The notes below the pieces were generated by a model. The model did no database searches. It saw only the letters and a list, made by a program, of their open reading frames with translations, and was not told where the DNA came from. The translations under genes and the position numbers were made by a program. Below, in pieces: positions 22,999 to 34,550 of a stretch of DNA of 64,000 nt. Every line of letters begins with the position of its first letter. Within the stretch, counting starts at the first letter, position 1. The stretch is from assembly GCA_043228905.1 (NCBI GenBank), contig JBHGNT010000013.1, positions 9,238,001 through 9,302,000 of the forward strand. The letters run 5' to 3'. This stretch comes from Azolla caroliniana (lineage: Eukaryota; Plantae; Polypodiophyta).

Positions 22999-23000
22999 TG

Positions 23001-23448
23001 TGTTGACCGGCAAAGACTTAAGAGCCGGATAGAGTCCAGAATGGGAAAGGGATAATTAATCTAGAATTATTATGATTTTGAGAAGCAAACGGACAGACCC
23101 GGAATCGGTATGCCGATCCGGATCCGGACCGGTTCGTAGCCGGTTGCCGGTTGGCACCGGTTTGTACCCAGAGCCGGTGACCTATAAAAGGACTCGATCT
23201 GTTTGTAATGAAATAGCGGATAATTAATAGAGTGTTGTTGTTTTGTATCTTAATCAATGTTAATTACCGTTCTGTGCTAAGTGTAATTCATCTTACGCGT
23301 GTATTGTGACTAATGATCTTGCCGATTAGTAACCGATTAGGGTTTCATTAATAGTTCGGTCTAAGTTTATCTCACCGCAACACCCTTTGGTGAAGTGTCT
23401 CAAGGGGACACCCTATGTTAGGGCATTTTCCAGCCCCTAGCGATAACA
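23001..23448 (+). repeat. 3' LTR of element B
   Basis: TGTTG...TAACA with TATA-like CCTATAAAAGG. Homologous to 2963-3398 but clearly divergent. Confidence 0.8.
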
Positions 23449-24608
23449 AAGGTCGATTATGACGAATCGACTATGTTCATGGCCCCTTCTAGATTGATCG
23501 CCATTAGTAGGTATAGATTCGTTTACTTGCATCCGCAACCGATTTTTCATGTTCCCTCGGTTGATCATCCATGAAGACTCACATAGAGTCATCCGATACA
23601 CGGATTGGCTAGCATGCCAATGGAGACTAGACTCCTTTTTAGCTCAGGTACGTGTCGGACTTAGTGCAAGATGATTGAATTGTCGTTCAGCAATTGAATG
23701 GGAACCTCGTCGATCCCTGCTATTACGCATTCTTGCCCATTGTTGAGTCGACCTGTGTCGTCGGCTCCAGCCGAATAGTCTGAGAACCATTCGATGTTGG
23801 GGGTCATGTGAAATGTGGCACTGGAATCTAGCAGTCAAATTCGTGCACCTTGCACACTATATAGGACTTCTCCGGTCGATGAATCTTCTTGGGAGAGCAC
23901 TTCTCCTGACCGAGATTCAACATTATTGACTTGGTTGCCAGTAGGAGAATGATTCGAATCAGATTGTCCCTGTGTCCGATCTAATTGTTGATCGTTCTCC
24001 TTTCTTTTTATTGACCAATAGTCGGAAATATTATGACCAATTCTACAATGGGTGTAGAAAACACTTGACCGACTATTCCTTGGCTTCGTCTATAGTGGAT
24101 TATCTCTACTTCTCAGTTGACTCGGTCGAGTAATGGGCTTCTACCAATTCATAGTGAGAACCTGTCTGATCATTTCATCCAGATTCAAACTTGGACAGTT
24201 GTTGGCGAATGTCGTGCATAATACTTCCCAACTCGCCAACAAGCTCGAAAGGAGGGCAAGGGCTTTAACTTCTTCTTCGACGTTAATCCCTTGGGAGGAG
24301 AGCTAAAGGTGTTGATGTGGGAGGTCACTGGATCTATCTCTCTCATCTTCATATTGAATAATTGTTGAATGAGTATGAGCTTCAATGAGGAAGACTTTTT
24401 CTCATACATGGCTTGAAGTTTCTCCCACAAAGAGAATGTTGATGTCTCCTTCACCATGCTGAAATAAACGTTTTCAGCTAGGTGCATTCGAATGGTAGAT
24501 CTAATGATTTTGTCCAAATATCTCCATTCTTCAGCTGACATTGAAGCAAGTTGACTATTGTGTCGAATGGCTTCTATTTCTCGCCGGATTATCACAACTT
24601 GCGTCATT
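23449..24608 (-). mobile_element. Degenerate Copia gag-protease fragment
   Basis: LWEKLQAMYEKKSSSLKLILIQQLFNMKM (gag) and LLDSSATFHMTP (protease) near 23800-23835. Confidence 0.75.
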
Positions 24609-24637
24609 TCTGACCTCAAGTTGACCTTGAGGGGGAA

Positions 24638-27600
24638 TGTTGAGCGGACAAGCTCAACCTAATCTAGATTGGCTGAGTAAGCCGAAGTCGGATAGGTGTC
24701 TGGAACCAAGAGCCGGATCGGATTGTAACTGGTAGGCCGTTAGAGGCCCACGACTCCAGTCTAGTACATAGGCATATTTTTGGGAGTTAGTGTTTGTCGC
24801 TCAATACGAGCATTAAAGTACTTGTTAGTACTTTAGTCAATCCTTTAAGGAGTTGTATAAATAGTGTTGTCAAGCACAATTTTATGTACAAAGTGTTTAT
24901 TCAGTTTTTGAATATAGAGGTTGACTGTTGTACTCTACCACTGTCTCTCCCGCGTATTGTTTCAAGCTTTCCATTAAACCTTCATTTCTATTTTCTGTTG
25001 TTATCTGGCTGAGCTAGTTTGTCTACACTTCCACACACTAACTCTTACATGGTATCACAACGTGATTTTTGAGAATCCTCTATTGCCGACAATCGATGCT
25101 TACAAACAAACCCTAATACCAGGTAAAGAACAAGAAGGAATGAATGGATAGAGGAATGGCTAGCTCGCTCCCGATGGAGAAGCTCGACAGAACCAACTAT
25201 GCATCTTGGTCCTACAAGATGCACCTATACCTACTCGGGCATGGTTATTGGAGTTATGTCGACAGAGCTAATGATGCAGCACCGGATGCGACACACAGGG
25301 ACTTTTCGGCTTGGGAACAAGCGCCAAGCAAGGTAATGTATTGCTTCGCATTCAGTGTCGGTGATCAGCTGCTCAGCCATATCTGGGATGCCAAGACACC
25401 AAAGGAAGCTTGGACAAACCTGAAAAGGGTTTTTGTTCCAAGCACCATGACCCGGAACTTGTAACTCAGACAGGAGTTGAGCAACATTAGGTAGAAAGAC
25501 ATGTCAGTGGTCGACTACACAACCCAGATCAAGGAGATTTGCAACTCCCTTGCCTCCATCAACGTGACCATCAAGGAGGATGAAATGGTGCAGGTTTGCC
25601 TCAGGGGCTTGGGGTCAAAGTTCGGAGCATTCCGAACGACGGTATGTATGAGGGAGAATACGTCGTCGCTTTTCGACTTACAGTTGATGCTCCTTGTAGA
25701 GGAGAACCACGCGGGTGCGTCGACGAGTATGCACACCGACAACAAGATGTTGTATATGGAGGATGAGAGACCTCATGGTCATGGTAGATGAGGCGGATCG
25801 GCGCGCAATGGAGGCGGCCGACAAGAGTAGATTCGAAGGCACAAATATGGTACCGACATCAGTACCGGACCCTTCACAAGCAGGGGGGTCAATGTGGCAT
25901 CAGGAGCTGGCAAGGGAAGACCGCAACAGACTACTGGTATTGTGGCCGAGAGGGCCATAGAGGAAGTGAGTGTTGGAAGAAAAGGGTTGATTCAGACAAA
26001 GCCACATCGAGCCGGAGAGACGCAGATAGGCGTCACTGATCACACTTCATCGGAGGCTCAAAGGGAGCTGGATGAGGACCGGCCCTCATAATGAAGCATA
26101 AGGCCAACTGAATTGGGGTATCCGACTCGAAGTCAAAAGAAGTGTGGTATGTGGACTCCGGAGCTTCAAATCACATGATGAACCACAAAGAATGGTTCTC
26201 CTTTCTTGAGAAGCCAGAGAAGCAAGTGTTGGTCGAAACTTTCACGGATGAACAATTGGAGATAAAGAGATGGGGAAGTTGATGAGATAGGGAGATCGAG
26301 AAGTTGATGACAATGAGTAAAAGTATCTATTCCATGACTAGTGTTGATCTCCTTGATGTTAACAAGGGAGATCAACCCTTTTTATACATGTAGTGATGCA
26401 TGATAAGCATGCTCATGCCTAGTCTTACATACTATAATATCAAGCATACTAATTCTTGCATGCCAAGTCTTACATACTGAGTCTTACATACTAGGTCTTA
26501 CATATTGAGTCTTACATACCACGCTTTATACAAAGGTTTGAAGTCTAAAGTTTGTCTAGGAGAAATATATATATACAAGGGCCTAAGGTTCACATTCGAG
26601 TCGATGTTTATGATAGAAACTGGAGACGACACCCCACTTCCCATTGTGCATATTGGGAATGTCCCTCTGAGCCATGTAGCGCCAGAGAGGAATTATGAGG
26701 AACGTCCTGCATGTTCTAACGATCACCAATGAAGAATTATATTGGACAGCTTGTCGGCTACACAGATGCCGATTGGTCTGGAAACGCCGATGATAGCAAG
26801 TTTACATCTGGTTATGCGTTTTCACTTGGAAGCGCCGCGGTCGCCTAGAGCAGCAAAAATTTGCCGAAAGTGGCACTGTCGAGCACTGAGGTTGAGTATA
26901 GAGGAGCGGCAGTCGCAACATTCGAAGCCATTTGGCTCAAATGGCTATTAAAGGATCTGTGTGTGGAGGTGTCTGATATGATCGTGATCTATTGTGACAA
27001 CCTCGGCAACATCCAACTTGCGAAGAACCTCATCTTCCACGCCTGGACCAAGCACATTGAGGTGCACTATCATTTTGTCCGCGAGCGCGTCCTTTCATGT
27101 GAAGTCTAACTTGTTTATGTTTCGACTGATTGGCAGGCTACCGGTATCTTCACCAAACCTCTCGGCCTGGACAAGTTGCGGCAATTTTCGGGCATGCTTG
27201 GTCTCCAACACCTCGATATACCGAACTTGAGGGTGAGAGATGAAGCTGAAAAGGAGGAGAGAAATGATGATGTCTAGAAAGCTGAATCAGATGACGAATT
27301 CAATTTCGGACCGACTAAAGAAGTCAGAATGTTTGGATCGGCTAAAGAAGCCAATGACGAATGGACATGTGCAGAAACATCGGCCAAGTGGAGACTAGTT
27401 AGACACATGGGGAGCAACCACAAGGGAAAGCCGAAACTAGAGCCAACTGAACCAAGGGGTGGAAAAGCCGAGAAAGGCAAGAGAGGCGGCAGAGTCGAAG
27501 AGGACAGAGCCGACCAAGCGAAGGCAAGACCAAGACACGGGCAGATATGGTTAAGGGCCTGAAGGAGGACGAATCAGAGACAATCGATTCGGACAAGGGC

Positions 27601-28315
27601 TGAAATGATTCGGTCAAAATGTTCGATTCGGAGGAGCCGAATCAACTGGCCAAGTGGGCGAGAGGGCAGTCGAAGCCAACACCGACACGAAAGAGCTGAC
27701 GGGTCAAGGAGCGCCACTACTGTGACAACGAGGGAGCTGACACGGGCCAAGGGAGTAGACAAGCTGACCGAGAAGGTCAAGGTGTGCGGGACCGGATGGG
27801 TCGAGGAGCGTGAGCAAGTCGTGAAGACGCTAGGAGAAGTCGATAGCAAGGGTCAGGAAAGATAGACACGACAATCCGACCTCAAGTTGAGCTTGAGGGG
27901 GAGTGTTGAGCAGACAAGCTCAACTTGATCCGGATCGGCTGAGTAAGCCGGAGCCGGATCGGTATCCGGAACCAAGATCCGGATTGGATTGTAACTGGTA
28001 GCCCGTTAGAGGCCTACGACTCTAACCTAGTACGTAGGCATATTTTCGAGAGTCAGCGTCGGTTGCTAAATACGAGCATTAAAGTACTTGACAGTACTTT
28101 AGTTAGTCCTTTAAGGACTTGTATAAATAGTGTTGTCAAGCATAGTTGTATGTACAGAGTGTTTATTCAGTTTTTGAACATAGATATTGAGCGTTCAACT
28201 CTGCCTCTGTCTCTCCTGTGTATTGTTTCAAGCTTTCCTTTAAACCTTCATTTCTGTTTTCTATTGTTATCCAACTAAGCCAATTTGTCTACGCTTCCAC
28301 ACACTAAGTCTTAGA
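24638..28315 (+). mobile_element. Copia element F, internally deleted (gag, PR and RNase H remain); LTRs 24638-25049 and 27904-28315
   Basis: PBS TGGTATCA at 25050, gag MEKLDRTNYASWSYKM, WYVDSGASNHM, ALSSTEVEYR..KHIEVHYHF, and PPT GAGGGGGAG before 27904. Confidence 0.88.
26240..26615 (-). mobile_element. Old solo LTR related to the element D family
   Basis: TSD GAAAC (26235-26239 / 26616-26620) and decayed termini TTTCA..TGATA. Shares the CCATGACT.GTGTTG-hairpin-TATA layout with the D LTRs. Confidence 0.75.
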
Positions 28316-28592
28316 GTTAGGTTATACACTTAGTGGTCAAACTTGAGAACCCACGGAGAATCTTGCTAATGCCCAACTCTCATAGTAAAACTTCATCATT
28401 AGTATCTTGATATAACAAATCCCAATTCGTGCATTGCGACTCACAAAACTCCTTGAAGGAGGAGAATGTTCTCATGAGAATATAAAACCTCATAGGTTTT
28501 GGAAATTTATAATGTATGATCATTATTGGAATATTTCATATATGGTGTTGAACACATTCACATTATTATGACACAATGCTATAGTTAATGTG

Positions 28593-28970
28593 TGTTGAGC
28601 GGCAAGCTCAACCGGAGCCGGATCGGCTGAATAAGCCGGAGCCGGTAAGCGAGACGGATCGGGCGAAACGGATCGGTATGACGGTGAGCAACCGAACCGG
28701 CAAGCAGTGGAGGCCGGGTGCAATCTGTAACCGGAAGCTACTAGGTAGCTATAGTCTCGTAGTAAGTGTCAGATGCTCGTGTGAGCATTGAAGTACATGG
28801 TACTTTTGTCAGTCCCAAGAGGACTTGTATAAATAGTGCTACTTAGCACAGTGTGTAGACAGTGTCTTGAAATAATCTTGAAATTGTGTTCTGCTCTCTC
28901 TGTCACTCCTCTCTCTCTCTCTCTCTGTGTTGTTCTTTGTTTTACGCTTCCGCAAACACTCACGTTTACA
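28593..28970 (+). mobile_element. Solo LTR (F-like Copia family)
   Basis: TGTTGAGCGGCAAGCTCAACC...TTTACA with TSD ATGTG (28588-28592 / 28971-28975). Confidence 0.9.
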
Positions 28971-30104
28971 ATGTGGCACCTTGTGAGATAGATATGTATG
29001 ATCTCCAATAAAAAAGGATGCATGATAGCCAAATGGTAAGCTTGTGTAAGATTGGGAGTACTATATGTTGGAAGATCTCAATGTTAAACCATTTTGCCTC
29101 AACATGTGGTTTAACATGGTAGCTCTTGCTCTACTTGTCCATGATAAAATTACTTTATCTTATTTTCCATCATGATCCACGCTTAATTTTGGCACCAACC
29201 CTTGGTAGTGGCATGGCAAGTGAGTAAACCTATTCTAATACTCTGTTAATGTGATGAGGCATTTCTATTGTTGAGACCAAGTAACATAGATAGATTTGAC
29301 TTTAGTTCTCAGTTTGTAGTAACTTCTTATTAGTTAATGCCAAGACATGAGATTTCCTCAAGTGATTTTCCATAGGTTACCACTTGAGCAGTTGTGATAG
29401 CATTTATACTAAAATGGTAGCATGTGAATTCTTTCTCACTAATGGAACATAGTTTTAAGCAACCAAAGATGCGAGGTTAATGACAAAAAAGAAGGATGAA
29501 TGATTGCATTTAACAAGTATATGGATGTTTGTGAGACTATAGGGAGGGGGGTATTTAGGGAGGTTTGTGAGACTATAGGGGGTTTGTTTGTAAATGCTTT
29601 TTTATTTTACCTTTTTAGGTCCTTTTTACTACATCCTCTCTTGTTTATTTTATGCATTTTTATTTGTTTTGAGATATTTAATTACAAAATATCATGTACC
29701 CTATTTGGATATAATTGTTACAAATTGTATCAAAAGTTCAAACTAGTTGAAGGATAAAGAAATTTGAAGTTGTGATGGCCTATGTAAATGTCAACATCCC
29801 AGAGAAGTTGCATGGTGGAATTCAATTGTTGATAGCTTTTGGTCGGTCTTGCTTGAACAAGTTCAAGTATTATATGATGAATCCTTGATGTAGATCTCTT
29901 TCACAGAAGAAAATATTAATCCAAATGGTGCCCAATTTGCCTGCATCCAAACCAGTCAAGAGTTTGTCCCCAATCCTGTTTCTGCAGACCAAAGATCCAA
30001 TGCATTGACATCCTAAATAGGCCCATCTTTCTTTTGCATGTCACTTTGCCCCTACGGCAAAACCAAGAAAGCATATTTGAAGTAAAAATAAAGTGGGCCT
30101 CAGA

Positions 30105-33100
30105 TTATTTCCCACATATGCATTTTCCATCTTCAAAAATGTGAATGCGCCTTGCATCCTTGACCTGAATCACACGCTTCTCCATTTTAGACACAAGTGA
30201 TAAAGCAAAATGACAGTCTTCACAAATACTTGAGTTCTTTGTGATACGTAGTGGCATTCCGTCGCATGAATTGATGAGGGCACATGTGACAGCCTGCATT
30301 TCGCTACATCCACATAGCCTGTTGCCCTTTTTGTTTTCTGAAACACGCCAATGCAACTGAGTAGAAATGCCTCCTTGTGATAGCTTTTGGCCAATATCCT
30401 CCAGCTTTGCATAGATACGTTCTCTTTGAGGATGATTATCGTCTCCCACCAGAAATGAATGCACATTGTTGCTTTTGTCAGTCCAATAAGAACAGATTGA
30501 AATCTTTGACGCTCCATTTCTCATCCTTAAATCTTCAACTTCATCTGCTTCTGCTTGCATACCAGCTGCTGCATATATGTTACTCATGCAGACATATGCC
30601 AAAGCATTGCTTTTATCCAGCAGTACCAGATTGGCAAAGGCCAATTTGCCAAGCTCCACATTTACCCACATTCGACAACCATCCAAAAGGGCCAACCACA
30701 ATTGGAATCGATCAGAATATTGCACTCTCTTTATGGTTAGTATAGCTTTGTTGAAATGTCCAACATGGCTGTAAAGATTGACCATACAAGTATGGTGTTC
30801 TAAAGTTGGAATCAAACAGTAGACGGTAGTCATAGTATGAAAATAAGATTGTGCCTCTTCCACTAGACCTGCATGACTGCAAGCATTCAGCAAAACAAGA
30901 AATGTAATCACATCTGGCACAATGCCTTCAGTTAACATTTCATTGAACGAGGCAACGACCATTTTGACCTGACCTAGCTGACCATATCCAACCATTAATG
31001 CCGTCCAAGAGACTGCATCCCGTAATGGAAGTTCATCAAACACCTCTTTTGCTTTCATGAACATGCCACATTTTGCGTACATGTCTATCAATGCAGTGCC
31101 AAGTGATGTGTGTTTTGCTAATAATCCTAACCTTCTGATCTCAGCATGTATTTCTTCTCCCTTCTCAACTGATCCAATACTAGCACAAACCTTTAAAATG
31201 CAAGAATATGTAACCACATCTGGAGAATAGCCCTTCTCTTGCATTTCCCTGGCACAGTTCAAAGCTTTCATATCAAGTCCATGGTGGGCATATCCAGCAA
31301 TTAGTGTAGTCCATGTGACTGTATCTTGTACTGGAAGCTTATAAAAAACTTTCTCAGCTTTTATAATTGCACCACATTTGGCATACATATCGACCAATGC
31401 ATTTCCAAGTGTGAGATTGTTTTCCAATAGCCCTTCTTTATTGCTGATCTCTGCATGGATCTCTTCTCCTTTCTTGAGAAAACAAATGTTACTACTACAA
31501 GCTTTCAAAATGCATGCAAAAGTGATAGAATCTGGAGAAAGGCCCGAATCTTTCATCTGCGAAAAACAAATCAGAGCTTCATCATACAACCCTTGCTGGA
31601 CATACCCAGAAATGAGTGCAGTCCAGGAGCAAGCATCATTTGACTCAACTTCATCAAATACCTCCTGTGCCTTTTCAATCAAGCCACACTTTGCATACAT
31701 GTCCACCAATGCAGTGCCTAGCACAAAATCTTTTCCCAGTAAACCCTGCTTTCTGATCTCCTCATGAATTTCTTCTCCCATTTCAATGAATCTTAGGCTT
31801 CCACAAACTTTCAACATACATGCAAAAGTGATTGAATCAGGTGATAGACCCTCTTCTCGCATTTTTAAATATGAGTTCAGAGCTTCCTCACAAAGTCCTT
31901 GTTGAGCATAACCTATAATCAATGAGGTCCACGAGACAGTATCTCGTACAGGAAGCTTATCCAGAACTTCTTGTGCTTTACTTAGCACACCACACTTGGC
32001 ATACATATCAACTAATGCATTCCCAACCATCAAATTATTTTTTAATAACCCAAGTTCACTAACCTCTACATGTATCTCTTCTCCCTTCTCGGACAGGCCT
32101 ATGCTGCCACAAACTTTCAAAACACATGTGAAGGTAACTGCATCCGGGGTGACATCATCTCCTCGCATCTCTTCATAACATTTCAAAGCTTCGTTACTGA
32201 GCCCATGATGGCCATATCCAGTGATCAGAGCATTCCATGATACAACATCTCTTTCCTGTAGGTCATCAAATGCTTCTCGTGCTTCCTGTAGCATGCCACA
32301 CTTTGCATACATATCCACTAATGAAGTACCGATCACAAGATTGTTTTGCAATATCCCATTTCCCCTCAGTTCTGCATGTATCTTCTGTCCATTGCTTATC
32401 GATCCGATGGTACTGCAAGCTTTCAAGAGACAAGAAAAAGTGACTTCATCTGGAACTAATCCTTGCTCCAGCATTGCTGGGAATAGGCTTAAAGATTCAT
32501 GTCCCAATCCATGTTGAGCATACCCCGAAAGCAATGCATTCCATGAGACAACATCCCGCACATGAATCTCATCAAACACTTCCTGCGCTTTTACGAGCAC
32601 GCTACATTTCACATACATGCTAATGAGAGCAGTGCTCATATAAACATCTTTCTCAGCCAATCCTCTTTGTATAATATGGGCATGAATCTTCCTCCCTTTA
32701 CTCAGGTCCTTGTTTTTCCCACATATCTTTATGGAATGTAGAAGGGCAGTCCGATCAAACTCTTCAGGCATATTTTTGCCTCTGAACTGAACCTCTCTGT
32801 ATTCCATCTGGCATCTTCTTAACTGTTCTAGGACCCATGGTGGACTTGTATAACATCCGCTTGGTCCACTTAATGTACTTGAATGGGATGGCCATAGATA
32901 TCTATGTGTCTATCATTGCACAAAGAAAAAGGAAGATAAAAAAATCTGCATAGCTGTTTGCTTTTCCATGTGATTCTGTAGCATTTTTTCCGAGGCATAC
33001 CTTTCTTCTCGGATCGTCACGAAATTGACTGGGGTCTCTGAAGAACTCCTTCCATAGGTAATCCGCATCTCTACCTGCCATTATTTCACGGCTCACCTCG

Positions 33101-33150
33101 GATGATGCAATCATGGACGTGGATACAGTTGTACCCTGCAAGGACTCCAT
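30105..33150 (-). CDS. PLS-class pentatricopeptide repeat protein with E and DYW-type (WW-like) deaminase domain; probable exons 33150-33001 and 32909-30105
   Basis: About six P-L-S triplets (LVDMYAKCG, DVVSWNALI, PDAVTF), E motifs, SYWTD..VHSFLVGDDNHP, CSE..A, LRITKN..CEDCH and RIHIFEDGKCICGK. A phase-0 GT..AG intron at 33000-32910 joins the upstream frame. Confidence 0.92.
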
Positions 33151-33446
33151 GCTCAATCTACGCTCGAACTATATACACATCCTCCTTCAATTCTACACAA
33201 CCCCGTATCGTGTGCTCCGGATCTGTTCGTTCTCTGTTTCAGCTGGGATCAGCGCGAGGGGAGGGAAGAACGCATGCAATACTAGTAGGGAACAAGAGCA
33301 TGGAATTGGGGCCTGCGGATGAGTTAATGCAAGCTTTCTTCTGCTTCTGCTTCTGCTATTATTATCTTCTTCCCTTCAACAGATATGTATGTATGGTCTT
33401 CAACATTTTCTCTTTAGAAGGCCATCATCATCCCTTCGAATGTGTG

Positions 33447-33450
<4 letters not shown>

Positions 33451-33491
<41 letters not shown>
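33451..33491. repeat. (AG)n microsatellite
   Basis: Direct inspection. Confidence 0.95.
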
Positions 33492-33493
<2 letters not shown>

Positions 33494-33494
33494 A

Positions 33495-34435
33495 AAGAAA
33501 TATATACATATTAACGTCTTCTTAAGACCAAATTTGGCCCATGAGACAATTGGTTTACAACAAATTTGGGGTATTTACGCATTCATCGAAAGTAAAAATA
33601 AAATAAAATATGACTTAAGCTAAAGAGTTCTAGTAACAAAACATGTTCTAGAAAAGAAATGGCTTTATACTAGGCCCAGTTTTATTTCCATCCAAGTCTC
33701 TCGAAAAGAAGTGGGAAGACAAAGGGTTTCAATGTGGATGTGGCCCTTGGTCCCAATGTAAAAGGTACCCTAATTATAGCCTCTAGGCGGCGCAACTCAC
33801 GATCCCTTATCTTCTTAATTGTTTCTACTCCACGTCGAGTTGCTTTGAAGCCCAACATCCGAGGGCATTTGGTTGTTCTTTGCTTTTGTACTTTAGCAAG
33901 GGAGAGGCTGAGTGGTGTAGGTGTGTCCACATTTATCATCTCCCCTTGTTCTTGACAGGTTTCATTAGTTACATGTTGGTGAATATTAGAATGGTTATGG
34001 TTAACATTTTGTAGCTTTATTCTCTCTATGTTGTTTTAGCTCTAAGATATACCTACTAGTCTCTTTATATCTTGGGTATCTAATAGTTTGGAGAGGGTGG
34101 GAGAGGGTCCTAGTATGTCTTGGTATTTCACCCTTATCTCGGTGTAATTTGGACACCTGCATGTAAAGTGATGCTCATCTTCTATCTCTATGTGACATAA
34201 TCTACATACCCTTTACTCTCTAGGGACTCTATTACTACGACCATTCTCAATCTCAAGTTGGTGAGATGATATCCTAAGTTGTCCAATGGCAACCCTTAGT
34301 GCATTTGATAAGAATGTAACTATATATTTTGGTCGTGTAATAAAACCTAACTTAGAGAAGTGCATGAAGTGTTTCTTATATATAGTACAACATTTTAGAT
34401 GGAAGTGGCTCTCGTGGGGTGATCCATTTATATTG
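33495..34435 (-). mobile_element. 5'-truncated non-LTR retrotransposon (RTEX/L2/CR1-like ORF2 C-terminus plus 3' UTR)
   Basis: LRISSHQLEIENGR..PRE*RVCRLCHIEIEDEHHFTCRCP zinc-finger tail at about 34150-34300. Its distal ~105 bp are repeated at 34555-34660. Confidence 0.7.
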
Positions 34436-34439
<4 letters not shown>

Positions 34440-34490
<51 letters not shown>

Positions 34491-34498
34491 GTGTGTGC

Positions 34499-34538
<40 letters not shown>

Positions 34539-34550
34539 AAGAAAGAAAGA
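34440..34550. repeat. Compound (GT)n(GA)n microsatellite
   Basis: Direct inspection. Confidence 0.95.

Larger units (their letters stand above)
2963..23448 (+). mobile_element. Ty3/Gypsy element B (Athila/OTA-like), degraded and probably chimeric; hosts a solo LTR and element A
   Basis: Related but divergent LTRs at 2963-3398 and 23001-23448, PBS at 3406-3415, gag-PR-RT-RH-INT fragments in order, and an extra 3' ORF. There is no matching TSD (CTTTT vs AAGGT). Confidence 0.85.

Noticed and set aside
30105-30500. U-to-C editing (DYW:KP) factor
   Set aside because: It lacks the KP-type box and HAE motif. The SYWTD box fits the WW subclass better.
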